A DNA stretch of 64,000 bases from Gammaproteobacteria bacterium Ga0077554 (GTDB taxonomy: Bacteria > Pseudomonadota > Gammaproteobacteria > Ga0077554 > Ga007554): the NCBI GenBank assembly GCA_001464585.1, contig LNFF01000031.1, positions 67,148 through 131,147 on the forward strand, read 5' to 3'. Each line of letters starts with the position of its first letter. Positions within the stretch are counted from its first letter, which is position 1. Below, piece by piece: positions 45,152 to 55,974 of this stretch. The notes beneath the pieces are model-generated. The model made no database searches. It was not told where the DNA came from and saw nothing but the letters and a program-made list of their open reading frames with translations. The position numbers were made by a program, and so were the translations under genes.

Positions 45152-47914
45152 TTAACCTAACCGACTCCGCACCCATTCCGGCACCGAGGCCAGCGCAGCA
45201 GCGAGCGCTGCCGGGTTATCGCCGCCGGCCTGTGCCATGTCAGGGCGACCACCGCCTTTGCCGCCCACTTGCAACGCCACGGCATTCACCAGATCACCCG
45301 CCTTGACTTGAGCCATGCAATCTTTGGTGACGCCCGCCACCAGGCTGACTTTTCCGTCTGCCACGGCGGCGAGGATAATCGCTGCTGAGCCGAGTTTGTT
45401 TTTGAGCTGATCCACAGTATCGCGCAAGGCTTTGGGGTCAACGCCCTCAAGCAACGCCGCCAGCACCTTGATGCCGCCGACATCCACCGCCTGCGTGGCA
45501 AAGTCACTGCCTTGGCTGCTGGCGATTTTGCCCTTGAGCTGTTCCAGTTCTTTTTCCAGTTTGCGGGTACGTTCCAGAAGCTGGCGCACCTTGTCGTCCA
45601 CCGCGTCACGGCTGGATTTGACCAGGTCGGCAATCACCAGCAGCCGCGTTTCGTCAGCGGCGATCCAGTCCAGCGCACGCTGGCCGGTGACGGCTTCGAT
45701 GCGCCGCACACCCGACGCGACGCCGGCTTCGGCGGTGATTTTGAACACGCCGATGTCACCAGCGCGTTGCACATGCGTGCCGCCACACAATTCCGTGGAA
45801 AATTCACCGATGCTCAACACCCGTACTTCGTCGCCGTATTTTTCACCGAACAGCGCCATCGCCCCCGCGCCCACCGCTTGGTCATAGGCCATGACGCGGG
45901 TCTGAGCCTCGCGGTTGACGCGAATCTGCTCGTTGACCAGGGTTTCGACCTCTTTGATCTGGGACGGCGTCATCGGCTCAAAATGTGAAAAATCAAAACG
46001 CAGACGCTGCGGATCAACCAGCGATCCTTTTTGTGTGACATGGGTACCCAGCACGCTACGTAGCGCGGCGTGCAGCAAGTGCGTCGCAGAGTGGTTGAGT
46101 GCGATGGCTTGGCGCGCCTCGGGGCGCACAGCGGCTTCCACCTTATCACCCACGCGCAGCACGCCCTTGGTGAGCGCGCCATTATGAATATGCACGCCCT
46201 CACCCTGCTTCTGGGTATCGCGCACCTCGAAGCTGGCCTGGGCGGTGCTGATGACGCCAACATCGCCCACTTGCCCGCCGGACTCGGCATAAAACGGCGT
46301 GCGATCCAGCACTATTTTGCCGGCTTGTGCAGCCTCAAGCATTGGCACGGCGCTGCCGTCTTCACGATACAGCGCGATGACGGTGGCGGTGTCCGCAAGT
46401 TGCGTGTAGCCGCTGAAATCCGTCTTGCCTTCTACGCCCATGAGGCGGCCACCATAGGCTATATCAAACTGGCTGGCGGCACGGGCGCGATCACGCTGCG
46501 CCGCCATTTCACGCTCAAACCCGGCCATATCGAGGCTCAGGCCACGCTCGCGGGCAATGTCACCAGTGAGGTCAACCGGAAAGCCGTAGGTGTCGTAGAG
46601 ACGGAATAGGGTGTCGCCAGGGATGACTTTGCCTTGAGTGACTACAATCGCCTGTCCGGTGATTGGTACCGTAACATTGGCTTGTACTGTGCCCTGTGAT
46701 GAGGTCATGCTTTGGCCAGTGATAGCCACTGTTACGTCGCTACTGGCACTCAGCGTGTCACTGGCTTGGATGATGTTGTCGTTACCGCTGAGTTTCGCTA
46801 TGTCCTGCTCCAGCATTTTCAGGCCATTTTCCAGCGTTTCGGCAAAGCGTTCTTCTTCGAGGCGCAGCATGCGTTCTACCTGTTCCTGGGCGCGCGTCAG
46901 CTCAGGGTAAGCGCTACCCATTTCAACCACCAGCGGCGCGACCAGCTTGTGGAAAAACGGTTCTTTGAAGCCCAGCTTATGACCATGCCGAATCGCACGG
47001 CGGATGATGCGCCGCAGCACATAGCCACGCCCTTCGTTGGAGGGCATTACGCCATCGGTGATCAAAAACGCACTGGCGCGGATGTGATCCGCCACAACTT
47101 TCAGTGAATTTCCAGAAATATCATCGATATTCGCCAATTTTGCGATGGCGCGGATCAGGTTGCCAAACAGGTCTATATCATAATTGCTATGCACTTTCTG
47201 CATCACCGCCGCGAGGCGCTCCAGCCCCATGCCGGTATCAACTGAGGGCTTGGGCAACGGCGTCAGCGTGCCATCAGGCGCGCGGTTATACTGCATGAAT
47301 ACCAGGTTCCAGATTTCGACGTAGCGGTCACCATCGCCCTCAGGCGTGCCGGGCGGGCCGCCGGCAATCGCCGGGCCGTGGTCATAAAATATTTCGGAAC
47401 ACGGGCCGCAGGGGCCGGTATCACCCATCGCCCAGAAATTATCATGTGCGCCGATGCGCGAAAAACGCTGCGGACTGACCTTGATCTCGTTAAGCCAGAT
47501 GTCGGCAGCTTCCTGGTCTTCTTCAAACACCGTGATCCACAACCGCTCCGGCGGCAGCTTTAACACCTGGGTGAGAAATTCCCAGCCGTAACGGATCGCA
47601 TCACGCTTGAAGTAATCACCAAAACTGAAGTTGCCGAGCATTTCAAAAAAAGTGTGGTGGCGCGCCGTGTAACCGACATTTTCCAAATCATTGTGTTTGC
47701 CACCGGCACGCACGCAGCGCTGCGAACTCACCGCACGCACGTAAGGGCGCTGCTCCAGCCCGAGGAACACGTCTTTAAATTGCACCATGCCAGCATTGGT
47801 AAACAACAGTGTGGCGTCATTGGACGGCACCAGGGAACTGCTGGGCACGATAGTGTGGCCATGTCCACGAAAAAATTCGAGGAAGGTATTGCGGAGTTCG
47901 GCACTGGTCATCAT
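45152..47914 (-). CDS. alaS: Alanine--tRNA ligase
   Basis: [30 protein letters not shown] matches the AlaS N-terminus; HxxxH editing motif and C-terminal DHHA1 region present. Start set at the Met pair at 47914 rather than the long N-terminal extension of the track ORF. Confidence 0.9.
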   Translation of the reverse strand: MMTSAELRNTFLEFFRGHGHTIVPSSSLVPSNDATLLFTNAGMVQFKDVFLGLEQRPYVRAVSSQRCVRAGGKHNDLENVGYTARHHTFFEMLGNFSFGDYFKRDAIRYGWEFLTQVLKLPPERLWITVFEEDQEAADIWLNEIKVSPQRFSRIGAHDNFWAMGDTGPCGPCSEIFYDHGPAIAGGPPGTPEGDGDRYVEIWNLVFMQYNRAPDGTLTPLPKPSVDTGMGLERLAAVMQKVHSNYDIDLFGNLIRAIAKLANIDDISGNSLKVVADHIRASAFLITDGVMPSNEGRGYVLRRIIRRAIRHGHKLGFKEPFFHKLVAPLVVEMGSAYPELTRAQEQVERMLRLEEERFAETLENGLKMLEQDIAKLSGNDNIIQASDTLSASSDVTVAITGQSMTSSQGTVQANVTVPITGQAIVVTQGKVIPGDTLFRLYDTYGFPVDLTGDIARERGLSLDMAGFEREMAAQRDRARAASQFDIAYGGRLMGVEGKTDFSGYTQLADTATVIALYREDGSAVPMLEAAQAGKIVLDRTPFYAESGGQVGDVGVISTAQASFEVRDTQKQGEGVHIHNGALTKGVLRVGDKVEAAVRPEARQAIALNHSATHLLHAALRSVLGTHVTQKGSLVDPQRLRFDFSHFEPMTPSQIKEVETLVNEQIRVNREAQTRVMAYDQAVGAGAMALFGEKYGDEVRVLSIGEFSTELCGGTHVQRAGDIGVFKITAEAGVASGVRRIEAVTGQRALDWIAADETRLLVIADLVKSSRDAVDDKVRQLLERTRKLEKELEQLKGKIASSQGSDFATQAVDVGGIKVLAALLEGVDPKALRDTVDQLKNKLGSAAIILAAVADGKVSLVAGVTKDCMAQVKAGDLVNAVALQVGGKGGGRPDMAQAGGDNPAALAAALASVPEWVRSRLG

Positions 47915-47948
47915 TTTCACTTCATCACTCTGCCGCTTGGCGGCGTTA

Positions 47949-48452
47949 TCATTCATCACCCCCACGCGACTTGAAAGCCGCGCGGATTTGCTCCGAGGTA
48001 AATCCCCGGTATTGCAAAAATCGCATTTGTTTGGCGCGCTCATCAATAGTGCTCGGCAGGCTCGCGCCAAAGCGCTTGTGTCGCACTTCTTTAATTTTGT
48101 CATGCCACTGCGGGTCGTTTACATCCACAGCGGCGCTGACCAAGTCATCACTCACACCGTGTTCGCGCAATTCGGCCTGGATGCGCAGCGGTCCCTGACC
48201 TTTGCTGATGCGTGAATGCACCAGCATTTCCACAAAGCGTTCATCACTGAGCAGCCGCTCCTCTTGCAAAGCAGCCAGGGCTTGATCGACGGCAGCGCCC
48301 TCCATGCCACGCACTTTCAACTTGCGCTTCAGTTCGCGGGTGGAGTGCTCGCGCCGCGCCAACAGATTCATGGCGGTGCGGCGCGGCTGGCCTGGATCTC
48401 CTGCTGGAGATTGGCCAGCTTCAGTAGCAGATCGGGAACGGCGGCCGTTCAC
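47949..48452 (-). CDS. recX: Recombination regulator RecX
   Basis: Directly downstream of recA. RecX-like helical repeats ([16 protein letters not shown]...); the internal Met at 48374 is an alternative start. Confidence 0.8.
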   Translation of the reverse strand: MNGRRSRSATEAGQSPAGDPGQPRRTAMNLLARREHSTRELKRKLKVRGMEGAAVDQALAALQEERLLSDERFVEMLVHSRISKGQGPLRIQAELREHGVSDDLVSAAVDVNDPQWHDKIKEVRHKRFGASLPSTIDERAKQMRFLQYRGFTSEQIRAAFKSRGGDE

Positions 48453-48462
48453 GGCATCAAGC

Positions 48463-49488
48463 TCAAGCGTCGAGCTTCTCGGGTTCGGCGCTGACGGTTT
48501 TGGTCAGCAGCTTGGCGCGGATTTTATCTTCGATGCTGCGTGCAAGCGCGGGATGCTCTTTCAGGTAAATACGCGCATTGTCCTTACCCTGGCCGATGCG
48601 CTCACCTTCACAGCTATACCAGGCGCCGGATTTTTCAACGAAGCCGTGTGTTACGCCCAGCTCCACCAGCTCACCTTGCAGTGAAATGCCTTCGCCATAA
48701 AGAATTTCGAAGCAGGCTTCCTTGAACGGCGGCGCTACTTTATTTTTCACCACTTTAACACGGGTTTCACTGCCCACCACCTCGTCACCACGCTTGATGG
48801 CGCCGGTGCGGCGGATGTCCAGACGCACCGAGGCGTAGAATTTAAGCGCATTACCGCCGGTGGTAGTTTCGGGGCTGCCAAACATCACGCCAATCTTCAT
48901 GCGGATCTGGTTGATGAAGATCACCATGGTATTGGAGCGATTGATGTTGGCGGTGAGTTTGCGCAACGCCTGCGACATCAGGCGCGCCTGCAAGCCCATG
49001 TGCGAATCACCCATCTCGCCTTCGATTTCAGCCTTGGGGGTAAGTGCCGCCACCGAGTCGATGACAACCACATCTACTGCGCCGGAGCGCACCAGCATAT
49101 CGGCAATTTCCAGCGCCTGTTCGCCGGTATCCGGCTGCGACACCAGCAGGTCGTCGACATTGACACCCAGCTTTTTCGCATAGGTGGGATCGAGCGCATG
49201 CTCGGCGTCGACAAACGCCGCCGTGCCGCCCAGTTTCTGCGCTTCCGCAATCACTTGCAGGGTGAGCGTGGTTTTACCGGACGATTCCGGGCCGTAGATT
49301 TCGACAATGCGGCCGCGCGGCAAACCGCCGATACCCAGCGCAATATCCAGTCCCAACGAACCGGTGGAAATCACGCCAATATCGCGCGCCACACCGCCAT
49401 CGCCCATACGCATCACCGAGCCTTTACCAAACTGCTTTTCAATCTGGCTCAGCGCTGCACTGAGCGCCTTGCGCTTATTGTCATCCAT
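48463..49488 (-). CDS. recA: Recombinase RecA
   Basis: 341 aa; [19 protein letters not shown] and [12 protein letters not shown] Walker A. Confidence 0.97.
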   Translation of the reverse strand: MDDNKRKALSAALSQIEKQFGKGSVMRMGDGGVARDIGVISTGSLGLDIALGIGGLPRGRIVEIYGPESSGKTTLTLQVIAEAQKLGGTAAFVDAEHALDPTYAKKLGVNVDDLLVSQPDTGEQALEIADMLVRSGAVDVVVIDSVAALTPKAEIEGEMGDSHMGLQARLMSQALRKLTANINRSNTMVIFINQIRMKIGVMFGSPETTTGGNALKFYASVRLDIRRTGAIKRGDEVVGSETRVKVVKNKVAPPFKEACFEILYGEGISLQGELVELGVTHGFVEKSGAWYSCEGERIGQGKDNARIYLKEHPALARSIEDKIRAKLLTKTVSAEPEKLDA

Positions 49489-49713
49489 TGTATTTACCCG
49501 CCGCCTTACTTAATCTGCTGTCTATTTAACCTGAATCGCCCACTGCCCTACTATATACTGTTAACTTAGCCCGCACAGATAAACAGAGGGGGGCGGAAGC
49601 TAACAGCCGAGTCTCCGCCCATTATTTCATAAACAAGGGGGGTGGCCTAGCCCCTAAAACCGTGTAGGCTATGATTTTAACCATTTTCGACGTAACCCAA
49701 GGAAACTCCCGAC

Positions 49714-50934
49714 TTGACTCCGACCATCAACACCGCGCGCCTGACCAATGGAGTGACCATTATCAGCTACACCCTGCCCACCGCACATAGCACGTCACTA
49801 GGCGTATGGATTTTTAACGGCGGGCGTCACCAGACGCCGATGCAAGTGGGCTATGCGCATCTGCTGGAACATGTGCTGTTCAAAGGCACTGGCACTCACA
49901 GCGCGCTGGCGCTGGCACGCCGTTTTGAAGCCATGGGGGGGCAGATTAATGCGCATACGGGGCGCGAGCTTACTGCTTTGCATGGCTTGGTGCCTAGCCA
50001 GTATATGGCTGAATTAGTTCAACTATTTGTCGGTATGCTGGTTAACCCGCGCTTTGATGAGCAAGATCTTGAAATCGAACGTGAGGTGGTGTTGCAGGAG
50101 GTGGCGATGATCGCCGACACTCCCGAAGAAGCCATCGAAGAAACCGCTGTGGAGCAGGCCTGGCCCGAGCATCCCCTGGGTTGGCCGATTCTGGGACGGG
50201 AGGCGGTCATCGCCAACGCCACCAGCGCCGCGCTACATGCTTATCTGCGCGATTTGCTGACAGGTGGTCGGCTGTGGGTGGTGGCGGCTGGGGCGGTCGA
50301 TCATGCTGCCCTGATACAGGCATGTGCGCCACTTGCTCATCTGCCCGCTGGCGGGGTGCCGCCGCTCTCCGCTCCCGACTTCAAGACAGGCCACAACCGC
50401 GCCCAGCAAGATCTGGCGCAAAGCCATCTGGTGTGGGCGATGAATGCTCCCGCAATCAATGACAGCGCGCGCTATCCTGCGCTGGTGGTCGCCAATCACC
50501 TGCTGGGCGGCGGTGCATCGTCGCGCTTATTTCAGGAAATCCGTGAACGGCGTGGCCTGGCTTATTCCATACAATCGCGTTTGGATTTATATTCCGACTG
50601 CGGCTTGTGGATGATTCAAACCGCCTGTGAGCCGGAACGCGTTGACGAATGCCGCCGTGCGGTGGAAGATACGCTGCAACAACTGATGCGTGATGGCCCC
50701 GCCGCCGATGAGCTGGAAATATCACGCGATCATTTGCGCGCCAGCATGTTGATTGCGGAAGACGACACTGAAGAGTGCATGGAACGATTGGCCCGTGAGG
50801 CGATCTATCAACAGCACCACTGGTCGATGGAGGAGCGTTTGGCGCAGTTAACGGCAGTGACACCGCAGGACATCAAGGATGTTTTGACGCATGCGTGGGC
50901 GCAGACGCTGCATCTGGAATGGTCGCCTGAATAA
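49714..50934 (+). CDS. M16-family (pitrilysin-like) zinc peptidase
   Basis: Inverted zinc motif HLLEHVLFKGT. TTG start at 49714 with AAGGAA RBS. Confidence 0.7.
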   Translation: MTPTINTARLTNGVTIISYTLPTAHSTSLGVWIFNGGRHQTPMQVGYAHLLEHVLFKGTGTHSALALARRFEAMGGQINAHTGRELTALHGLVPSQYMAELVQLFVGMLVNPRFDEQDLEIEREVVLQEVAMIADTPEEAIEETAVEQAWPEHPLGWPILGREAVIANATSAALHAYLRDLLTGGRLWVVAAGAVDHAALIQACAPLAHLPAGGVPPLSAPDFKTGHNRAQQDLAQSHLVWAMNAPAINDSARYPALVVANHLLGGGASSRLFQEIRERRGLAYSIQSRLDLYSDCGLWMIQTACEPERVDECRRAVEDTLQQLMRDGPAADELEISRDHLRASMLIAEDDTEECMERLAREAIYQQHHWSMEERLAQLTAVTPQDIKDVLTHAWAQTLHLEWSPE

Positions 50935-50946
50935 CCGGGAATTACC

Positions 50947-51696
50947 ATGATATTCAAACAATTATTCGAACCCAATTCATCAAGCTATACTTATTTGCTG
51001 GGCTGCCGTGACAGCGGGCAAGCGGTGCTCATTGACCCAGTACTGGAAACGGTAGAGCGGGATCAGCGTGTCATACAGGAACTCGGGCTGAAGCTCGCCT
51101 ATTGCGTAGAAACCCATATTCACGCCGACCATCTCACCGGCGCGCGCAAATTAAAATATTTGTTGGGCAGTAAAATCGCGGGGCCCGCACTGGATGGCAT
51201 GGCCTGCCGTGATGTTGGGCTGCGCGAAGGCGAACTGTTCCGCGTCGGCAGCATTGTAATCCGCCCGCTGTTCACACCTGGCCACACCGACACGCATCAC
51301 GCTTATTTGCTCGACAATGGCACGCACACGCTGCTGTTTACGGGCGATGCGTTATTGATTGATAGCTGCGGGCGCACTGACTTTCAAAGCGGTGATGCCG
51401 CTACACTTTACGAATCAATCCATAAAAAATTCTTTACCCTGCCCGACGAAACCCTGGTGTATCCCGCACATGATTACAACCAGCGGCAAATATCCACCAT
51501 CGGCCAGGAAAAAATCCGTAATCCGCGCATTGGCGGAAAAACCGAGCAGGAGTTTGTCAGTCTCATGCAGAATCTGAATTTACCTTATCCGAAAAAAATG
51601 GAATTCGCCGTACCCGGCAATCTGAGTTGCGGCGAATGCCCGCCGAATGTGCCAGAGGAATTTAAAGGGCCGTGCGAGGTTAGCGAGCAGGGGTAA
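50947..51696 (+). CDS. MBL-fold persulfide dioxygenase (ETHE1-like)
   Basis: MIFKQLFEPNSSSYTYLLG...HIHADHLTG...TPGHTDTHHAY...PAHDY metal-binding pattern of ETHE1-type dioxygenases. Confidence 0.7.
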   Translation: MIFKQLFEPNSSSYTYLLGCRDSGQAVLIDPVLETVERDQRVIQELGLKLAYCVETHIHADHLTGARKLKYLLGSKIAGPALDGMACRDVGLREGELFRVGSIVIRPLFTPGHTDTHHAYLLDNGTHTLLFTGDALLIDSCGRTDFQSGDAATLYESIHKKFFTLPDETLVYPAHDYNQRQISTIGQEKIRNPRIGGKTEQEFVSLMQNLNLPYPKKMEFAVPGNLSCGECPPNVPEEFKGPCEVSEQG

Positions 51697-51710
51697 ATCA
51701 ACAGTGAAAT

Positions 51711-52118
51711 TTATTCGCTCTCTGGCGGCACAACTTTCGGCTTGCGGTTTTCGTCAATCGCCACGTAGGTGAGTGTGGCTTCGGTGACTTTCGCAATGTG
51801 CAATCCCTGTGGGTTGATTCGCTCCGCATAAACATCCACGCTCACCGTCAGCGAAGTGCGTCCCACCTTAATGACATCCGCATAACAGCTAATTACATCG
51901 CCAACAAATGTTGGCTCATGGAATTGCACGGAATTTATGGCGACAGTTACCACATGGCAACGCGCACGACGGTACGCGGCGATACTCCCAGCGATGTCAA
52001 TTTGGGAAACCATCCAGCCACCAAAAATATCACCCGCCGCATTGGTGTCAGACGGCATGGGAGTTAAACGCAGGGTGGGTTGACGATCTTGTGGCAGCAT
52101 GGTCTTTTCAGCGTCCAT
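51711..52118 (-). CDS. yciA: Acyl-CoA thioester hydrolase (hotdog fold, YciA-like)
   Basis: NAAGDIFGGWMVSQIDIAGS...GRTSLTVSVDVY hotdog-fold thioesterase pattern. Confidence 0.75.
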   Translation of the reverse strand: MDAEKTMLPQDRQPTLRLTPMPSDTNAAGDIFGGWMVSQIDIAGSIAAYRRARCHVVTVAINSVQFHEPTFVGDVISCYADVIKVGRTSLTVSVDVYAERINPQGLHIAKVTEATLTYVAIDENRKPKVVPPESE

Positions 52119-53923
52119 TAATGTCCTTCATAAAGTTTTTCCACCAGACCGCTATAACGCGTCATCACCAGATTGCGGCGTACTTTAAGCGTCGGCGTGA
52201 GCAGTCCATTTTCCACAGTCCACGGCTCCAGGCTCAAGGCGATGCGCCGCACCTGGGCATACGCATGGAAACTGCGCAACTGTGCGCTTAATCTTTCCAG
52301 CACGGCATCGCAGGCGCGCTTATCTTGCAGCAGCTTGGCATCCAGCCCCAGCGTGCTGGCTACTGCCGACCATTGCTCTGCATTAAGCACTGCCAATGCA
52401 GCCAGATAAGGCCGGCCTTCGCCAATCACCATGACTTGTTCAAACAGGGGATCCAGCGCAATCGCCAGCTCCATATCCGCAGGCGGTACTTTTTCGCCGT
52501 TGGCCATAACTATAATATCTTTAAGGCGGCCAGTAATATAAATATGATTGTTTTCGATGCGCGCCTTGTCGCCGGTGTGTAGCCAACCTTCAGCATCAAT
52601 AATTTTGGCAGTGGCCTCGGGGTTACCCCAGTAACCTAGCATGACACTGGCACTTTTGGTTAGCAGCTCGTCGTTTTCACCAATGCGCACTTGTATGCCC
52701 TGTAATGGTGTCCCGACACCTATCGGGTCATTATTATCGAGCCGATTGCCACTGATTACGGGGCTGGTTTCAGTCAGGCCATAACCCAGTGTCAACGGCA
52801 AGCCAAAACCGAGAAATACTTTGGCGATCGGCATAGACAACGGCGCGCCGCCACACACCGCCAGGCGCACACGCCCGCCTAATTTTGCCATGACTTTGCT
52901 GGCCACCAATTTATTCAACACCGGCCACAACAAATGGCTGGGACGATTAGGGCCGCGCCCCTGCAAGTATTGAAAACGTGACCAGCCGACTTCAACCGCC
53001 AGATTAAACAGTTTTTGCGCCAGCGGTGATTTCGCATCCATCTGCGCTTTAATCTTGCCATAAACTCTTTCGAAAATACGCGGCACGGACACTATCGCGG
53101 TGGGACGTAGCGTCAACAAATCTTCGGCAAGCACCGGAATGCCGCGCGCATACGCCACAGTAGCGCCACACATCATCGGCGAATAGTAGCCCACGGTACG
53201 TTCAAAGGTATGGCATAGCGGCAAAAATGATAAAAACAAATCGTCGGGATAGGCAGGAAATCCTTCTACACATCCAACAACATTTGAAAGGATATTATTA
53301 TGACTGAGCATCACGCCTTTGGGGCGGCCAGTGGTGCCCGAGGTGTAGACGATGGTGGCGAGCGCGTCGGGGGCGGCATCGCGCGCAATCAACTCACCAC
53401 CCGCTTCAGGCAACCATTCCATAGCTGTTTTCAGGCGTGGTTCATGCGTATCCACAATCGGCTGCAAGCTGACAATGCGTTGTAAACCTTGCAACTGATC
53501 CTTAATTTCTTGTGGAACTTCTGACAGAGTGCGCCAATGTTCCGCGCCCTCAATAACCAGCAAACGCACGCCAGCATTTTGCACGATATAGGCAATATTG
53601 TCGGCGCGGTCATTTGGATAAAGCGGCACTACCACCAAACCTAAACCCAATGCCGCCTGCTCGAACATCACCCATTCACGGCAATTGCGTAACAACATCG
53701 CCACGCGCTCACCGGGTTGCAATCCTTCATGCAGCAAGGCATGTTGCCAACGCGCCACCCATGCAGCCATTTCTGCCCATGAGGTATCTTTCCATGATTT
53801 GCTGGATTCCTCGAAATAACGATACGCAATCGCATTGGGGCTGCGCCGGACACGCTCGCGGAACAGACCCGCCAAGGTGTGGGCGGTTTCAAAGGGGATA
53901 ATGTCACTGGTATGGTATGCCAT
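52118..53923 (-). CDS. Long-chain fatty acid--CoA ligase (AMP-binding family)
   Basis: YTSGTTGRPKGV AMP-binding motif. ATG at 53923 with GGAG RBS, 3 nt after the fadB stop. Confidence 0.8.
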   Translation of the reverse strand: MAYHTSDIIPFETAHTLAGLFRERVRRSPNAIAYRYFEESSKSWKDTSWAEMAAWVARWQHALLHEGLQPGERVAMLLRNCREWVMFEQAALGLGLVVVPLYPNDRADNIAYIVQNAGVRLLVIEGAEHWRTLSEVPQEIKDQLQGLQRIVSLQPIVDTHEPRLKTAMEWLPEAGGELIARDAAPDALATIVYTSGTTGRPKGVMLSHNNILSNVVGCVEGFPAYPDDLFLSFLPLCHTFERTVGYYSPMMCGATVAYARGIPVLAEDLLTLRPTAIVSVPRIFERVYGKIKAQMDAKSPLAQKLFNLAVEVGWSRFQYLQGRGPNRPSHLLWPVLNKLVASKVMAKLGGRVRLAVCGGAPLSMPIAKVFLGFGLPLTLGYGLTETSPVISGNRLDNNDPIGVGTPLQGIQVRIGENDELLTKSASVMLGYWGNPEATAKIIDAEGWLHTGDKARIENNHIYITGRLKDIIVMANGEKVPPADMELAIALDPLFEQVMVIGEGRPYLAALAVLNAEQWSAVASTLGLDAKLLQDKRACDAVLERLSAQLRSFHAYAQVRRIALSLEPWTVENGLLTPTLKVRRNLVMTRYSGLVEKLYEGH

Positions 53924-53925
53924 AA

Positions 53926-55974
53926 CTATAACTCCGCCCATTCCGCATCGGCCACAAAACGCTTGCCGTAATGTTGCTCCAGCTCATGCAGTTTTTTGCG
54001 CTGGATGTCGACACCGGCTTCCTGCACATAATTGATTGGCCCACCCCGGAACGGCGCAAAGCCCGTGCCAAAAATAATACCCGCATCCAGCAGATCGGCA
54101 TCCGCCACCACACCTTCACGCAAACACGCGGCGGCTTCATTGAGTAAACGCAGCATCAGTCGCTCGGCAATATCGGCAGGTGGTGTATAACCGGGCTTGG
54201 CGCGCGGAATCTGCGGCTTGTCGCCGTGATAGGTATAAAACCCTTGCCCGCTCTTTACGCCCAATCGGCCTGCGCTCACCAATTCACGCAAGCGCGGCGG
54301 CACGTCAACATTAAGACGCTGTGATAATATTTCTGCCACCGACAAACAAATATCCAGACCCACTGTATCAGCAAGGCGAATCGGCCCCATCGGCATACCG
54401 AAATCCAGCGCCGCTTTGTCAATCATTGCCGCTGGTACACCTTCCCACTCCATGGTGACAGCTTCCAGCAGATAAGGCATGAGAACGCGATTCACCAGGA
54501 AGCCCGGCGAGCTCTTGACTGGCAAGGGCAAGCGATCAATATGCCGCACAAATGCAGCGGCCTGACGCGTCACCACCGGATCGGTAATGAAGCTGCTGAC
54601 CACTTCCACCAGTTGCATTTGCGCGACTGGATTGAAGAAGTGTATACCGACCAGACGACTGGGCTTTGCCAGGGCTTCACTCAAAATCTCCAGAGGGATG
54701 CTGGAGGTATTGGTCGCCAGCAAAGCGCCCGCTTTCATTTTCGGCTCAATCTCACGGTATAAAGCCTGCTTTGCCAGAATGTCTTCGAAAATGGCTTCAA
54801 TCACCACATCGGCATGGCTGACGCCGACACCTTTGTCATCCGGGATCAGGCGATCCATGGCGGCCTGTATCAAACGTGGTTGCTTAAAGCGTTTTTTAAA
54901 CAGCGCGTACGCACGCTTGATGACTTTTGCCATGGCATCATGGCGCGTCTCCTGCACTGTTACGCGCAGGCCTTGCAGGGCGCACCAGATGGCAATATCA
55001 CCGCCCATCACGCCGCCACCAATTACATGCACATGCTGCGGTGCAATCAGTGTTTTTTTGCCGAGTGATTTGAGGCGTTCCTGCAGGAAAAACACCCGCA
55101 CCAGATTATGCGCGGTTTTACCCAACACAAAACGTGCGACTGATGCCGCTTCTTCTTCCATCATTTTTACAGGGTCGTGGGCGTGTTTCACCCACAGATC
55201 TATGAGCGCATAAGGTGCGGGGTAATGCGCTTCGCTGGCTTTTTCCGCAACGCGATGACGCATCGCGCTCGCCAATATGTTTCTTATGAAGCCTTTGTTG
55301 GTCAGCGACTGAATGAAGCCGGGGCGATGCGGTGCGGGCGGGTTCATGATCACAGACATTGCGGCACGCTTGAGGTGGCGCGCGGGAACCGCATAATCAA
55401 TCAAACCGATTTTTTTTGCGGTGCGTGCATCAATGGTTTTTCCGGTCAACATCAAATCCATCGCTGCCGGTGCGCCAATCAATGGCGGCAAACGTACCGT
55501 GCCACCGAACCCGGGATGAATGCCCAATTTAATTTCAGGCAAGCCTAAACGCGTACGTGGATCTTCATCTGCGATGCGATAACGGCACGCCAGCGCCAGT
55601 TCCATGCCGCCACCCAGACAAAACCCGTGGATCAGCGCCACGGTAGGACATTTTAATTCTGCCAGGCGATTCATGGCGCGCTGTCCGCGCCGCAACAACA
55701 CCAGCGCCTCGGCAGTTTCTTTCAGGGGAACAAACTCTTTGACATCGGCGCCTGCAATAAAACCATTCGGCTTGTCTGACAAGACAATCACGCCGCGCGG
55801 CAATTCGTAAGTCAATTTTTCCAGAATTTCATTCAGCTCATCCAGCACGCTCGAAGAAAGTACATTGGCGCTGTTATTGGAATTGGTGCTGCCAACGTCT
55901 ATATGGAGCCACACAATAGCGTCATTATCACGCTCAACGTGCCAATGTTTATAGGCTGGCTGGTTCATTGCCAT
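53926..55974 (-). CDS. fadB: Fatty-acid oxidation complex alpha subunit (enoyl-CoA hydratase / 3-hydroxyacyl-CoA dehydrogenase)
   Basis: 682 aa, N-terminal crotonase domain and NAD-binding GGGVMGGDIA dehydrogenase domain. Confidence 0.85.
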   Translation of the reverse strand: MAMNQPAYKHWHVERDNDAIVWLHIDVGSTNSNNSANVLSSSVLDELNEILEKLTYELPRGVIVLSDKPNGFIAGADVKEFVPLKETAEALVLLRRGQRAMNRLAELKCPTVALIHGFCLGGGMELALACRYRIADEDPRTRLGLPEIKLGIHPGFGGTVRLPPLIGAPAAMDLMLTGKTIDARTAKKIGLIDYAVPARHLKRAAMSVIMNPPAPHRPGFIQSLTNKGFIRNILASAMRHRVAEKASEAHYPAPYALIDLWVKHAHDPVKMMEEEAASVARFVLGKTAHNLVRVFFLQERLKSLGKKTLIAPQHVHVIGGGVMGGDIAIWCALQGLRVTVQETRHDAMAKVIKRAYALFKKRFKQPRLIQAAMDRLIPDDKGVGVSHADVVIEAIFEDILAKQALYREIEPKMKAGALLATNTSSIPLEILSEALAKPSRLVGIHFFNPVAQMQLVEVVSSFITDPVVTRQAAAFVRHIDRLPLPVKSSPGFLVNRVLMPYLLEAVTMEWEGVPAAMIDKAALDFGMPMGPIRLADTVGLDICLSVAEILSQRLNVDVPPRLRELVSAGRLGVKSGQGFYTYHGDKPQIPRAKPGYTPPADIAERLMLRLLNEAAACLREGVVADADLLDAGIIFGTGFAPFRGGPINYVQEAGVDIQRKKLHELEQHYGKRFVADAEWAEL

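Noticed and set aside
47915-48103. 63-codon N-terminal extension of alaS in the longest ORF
   Set aside because: AlaS homology begins at MMTSAELRN. The extension would overlap the recX 3' end and has no conservation.
49489-49713. Looked for a LexA/SOS box upstream of recA
   Set aside because: The only CTGT...ACAG pair (ctgttaacttagcccgcacag) has a 13-nt spacer rather than the canonical 8. No convincing SOS box could be called by eye.
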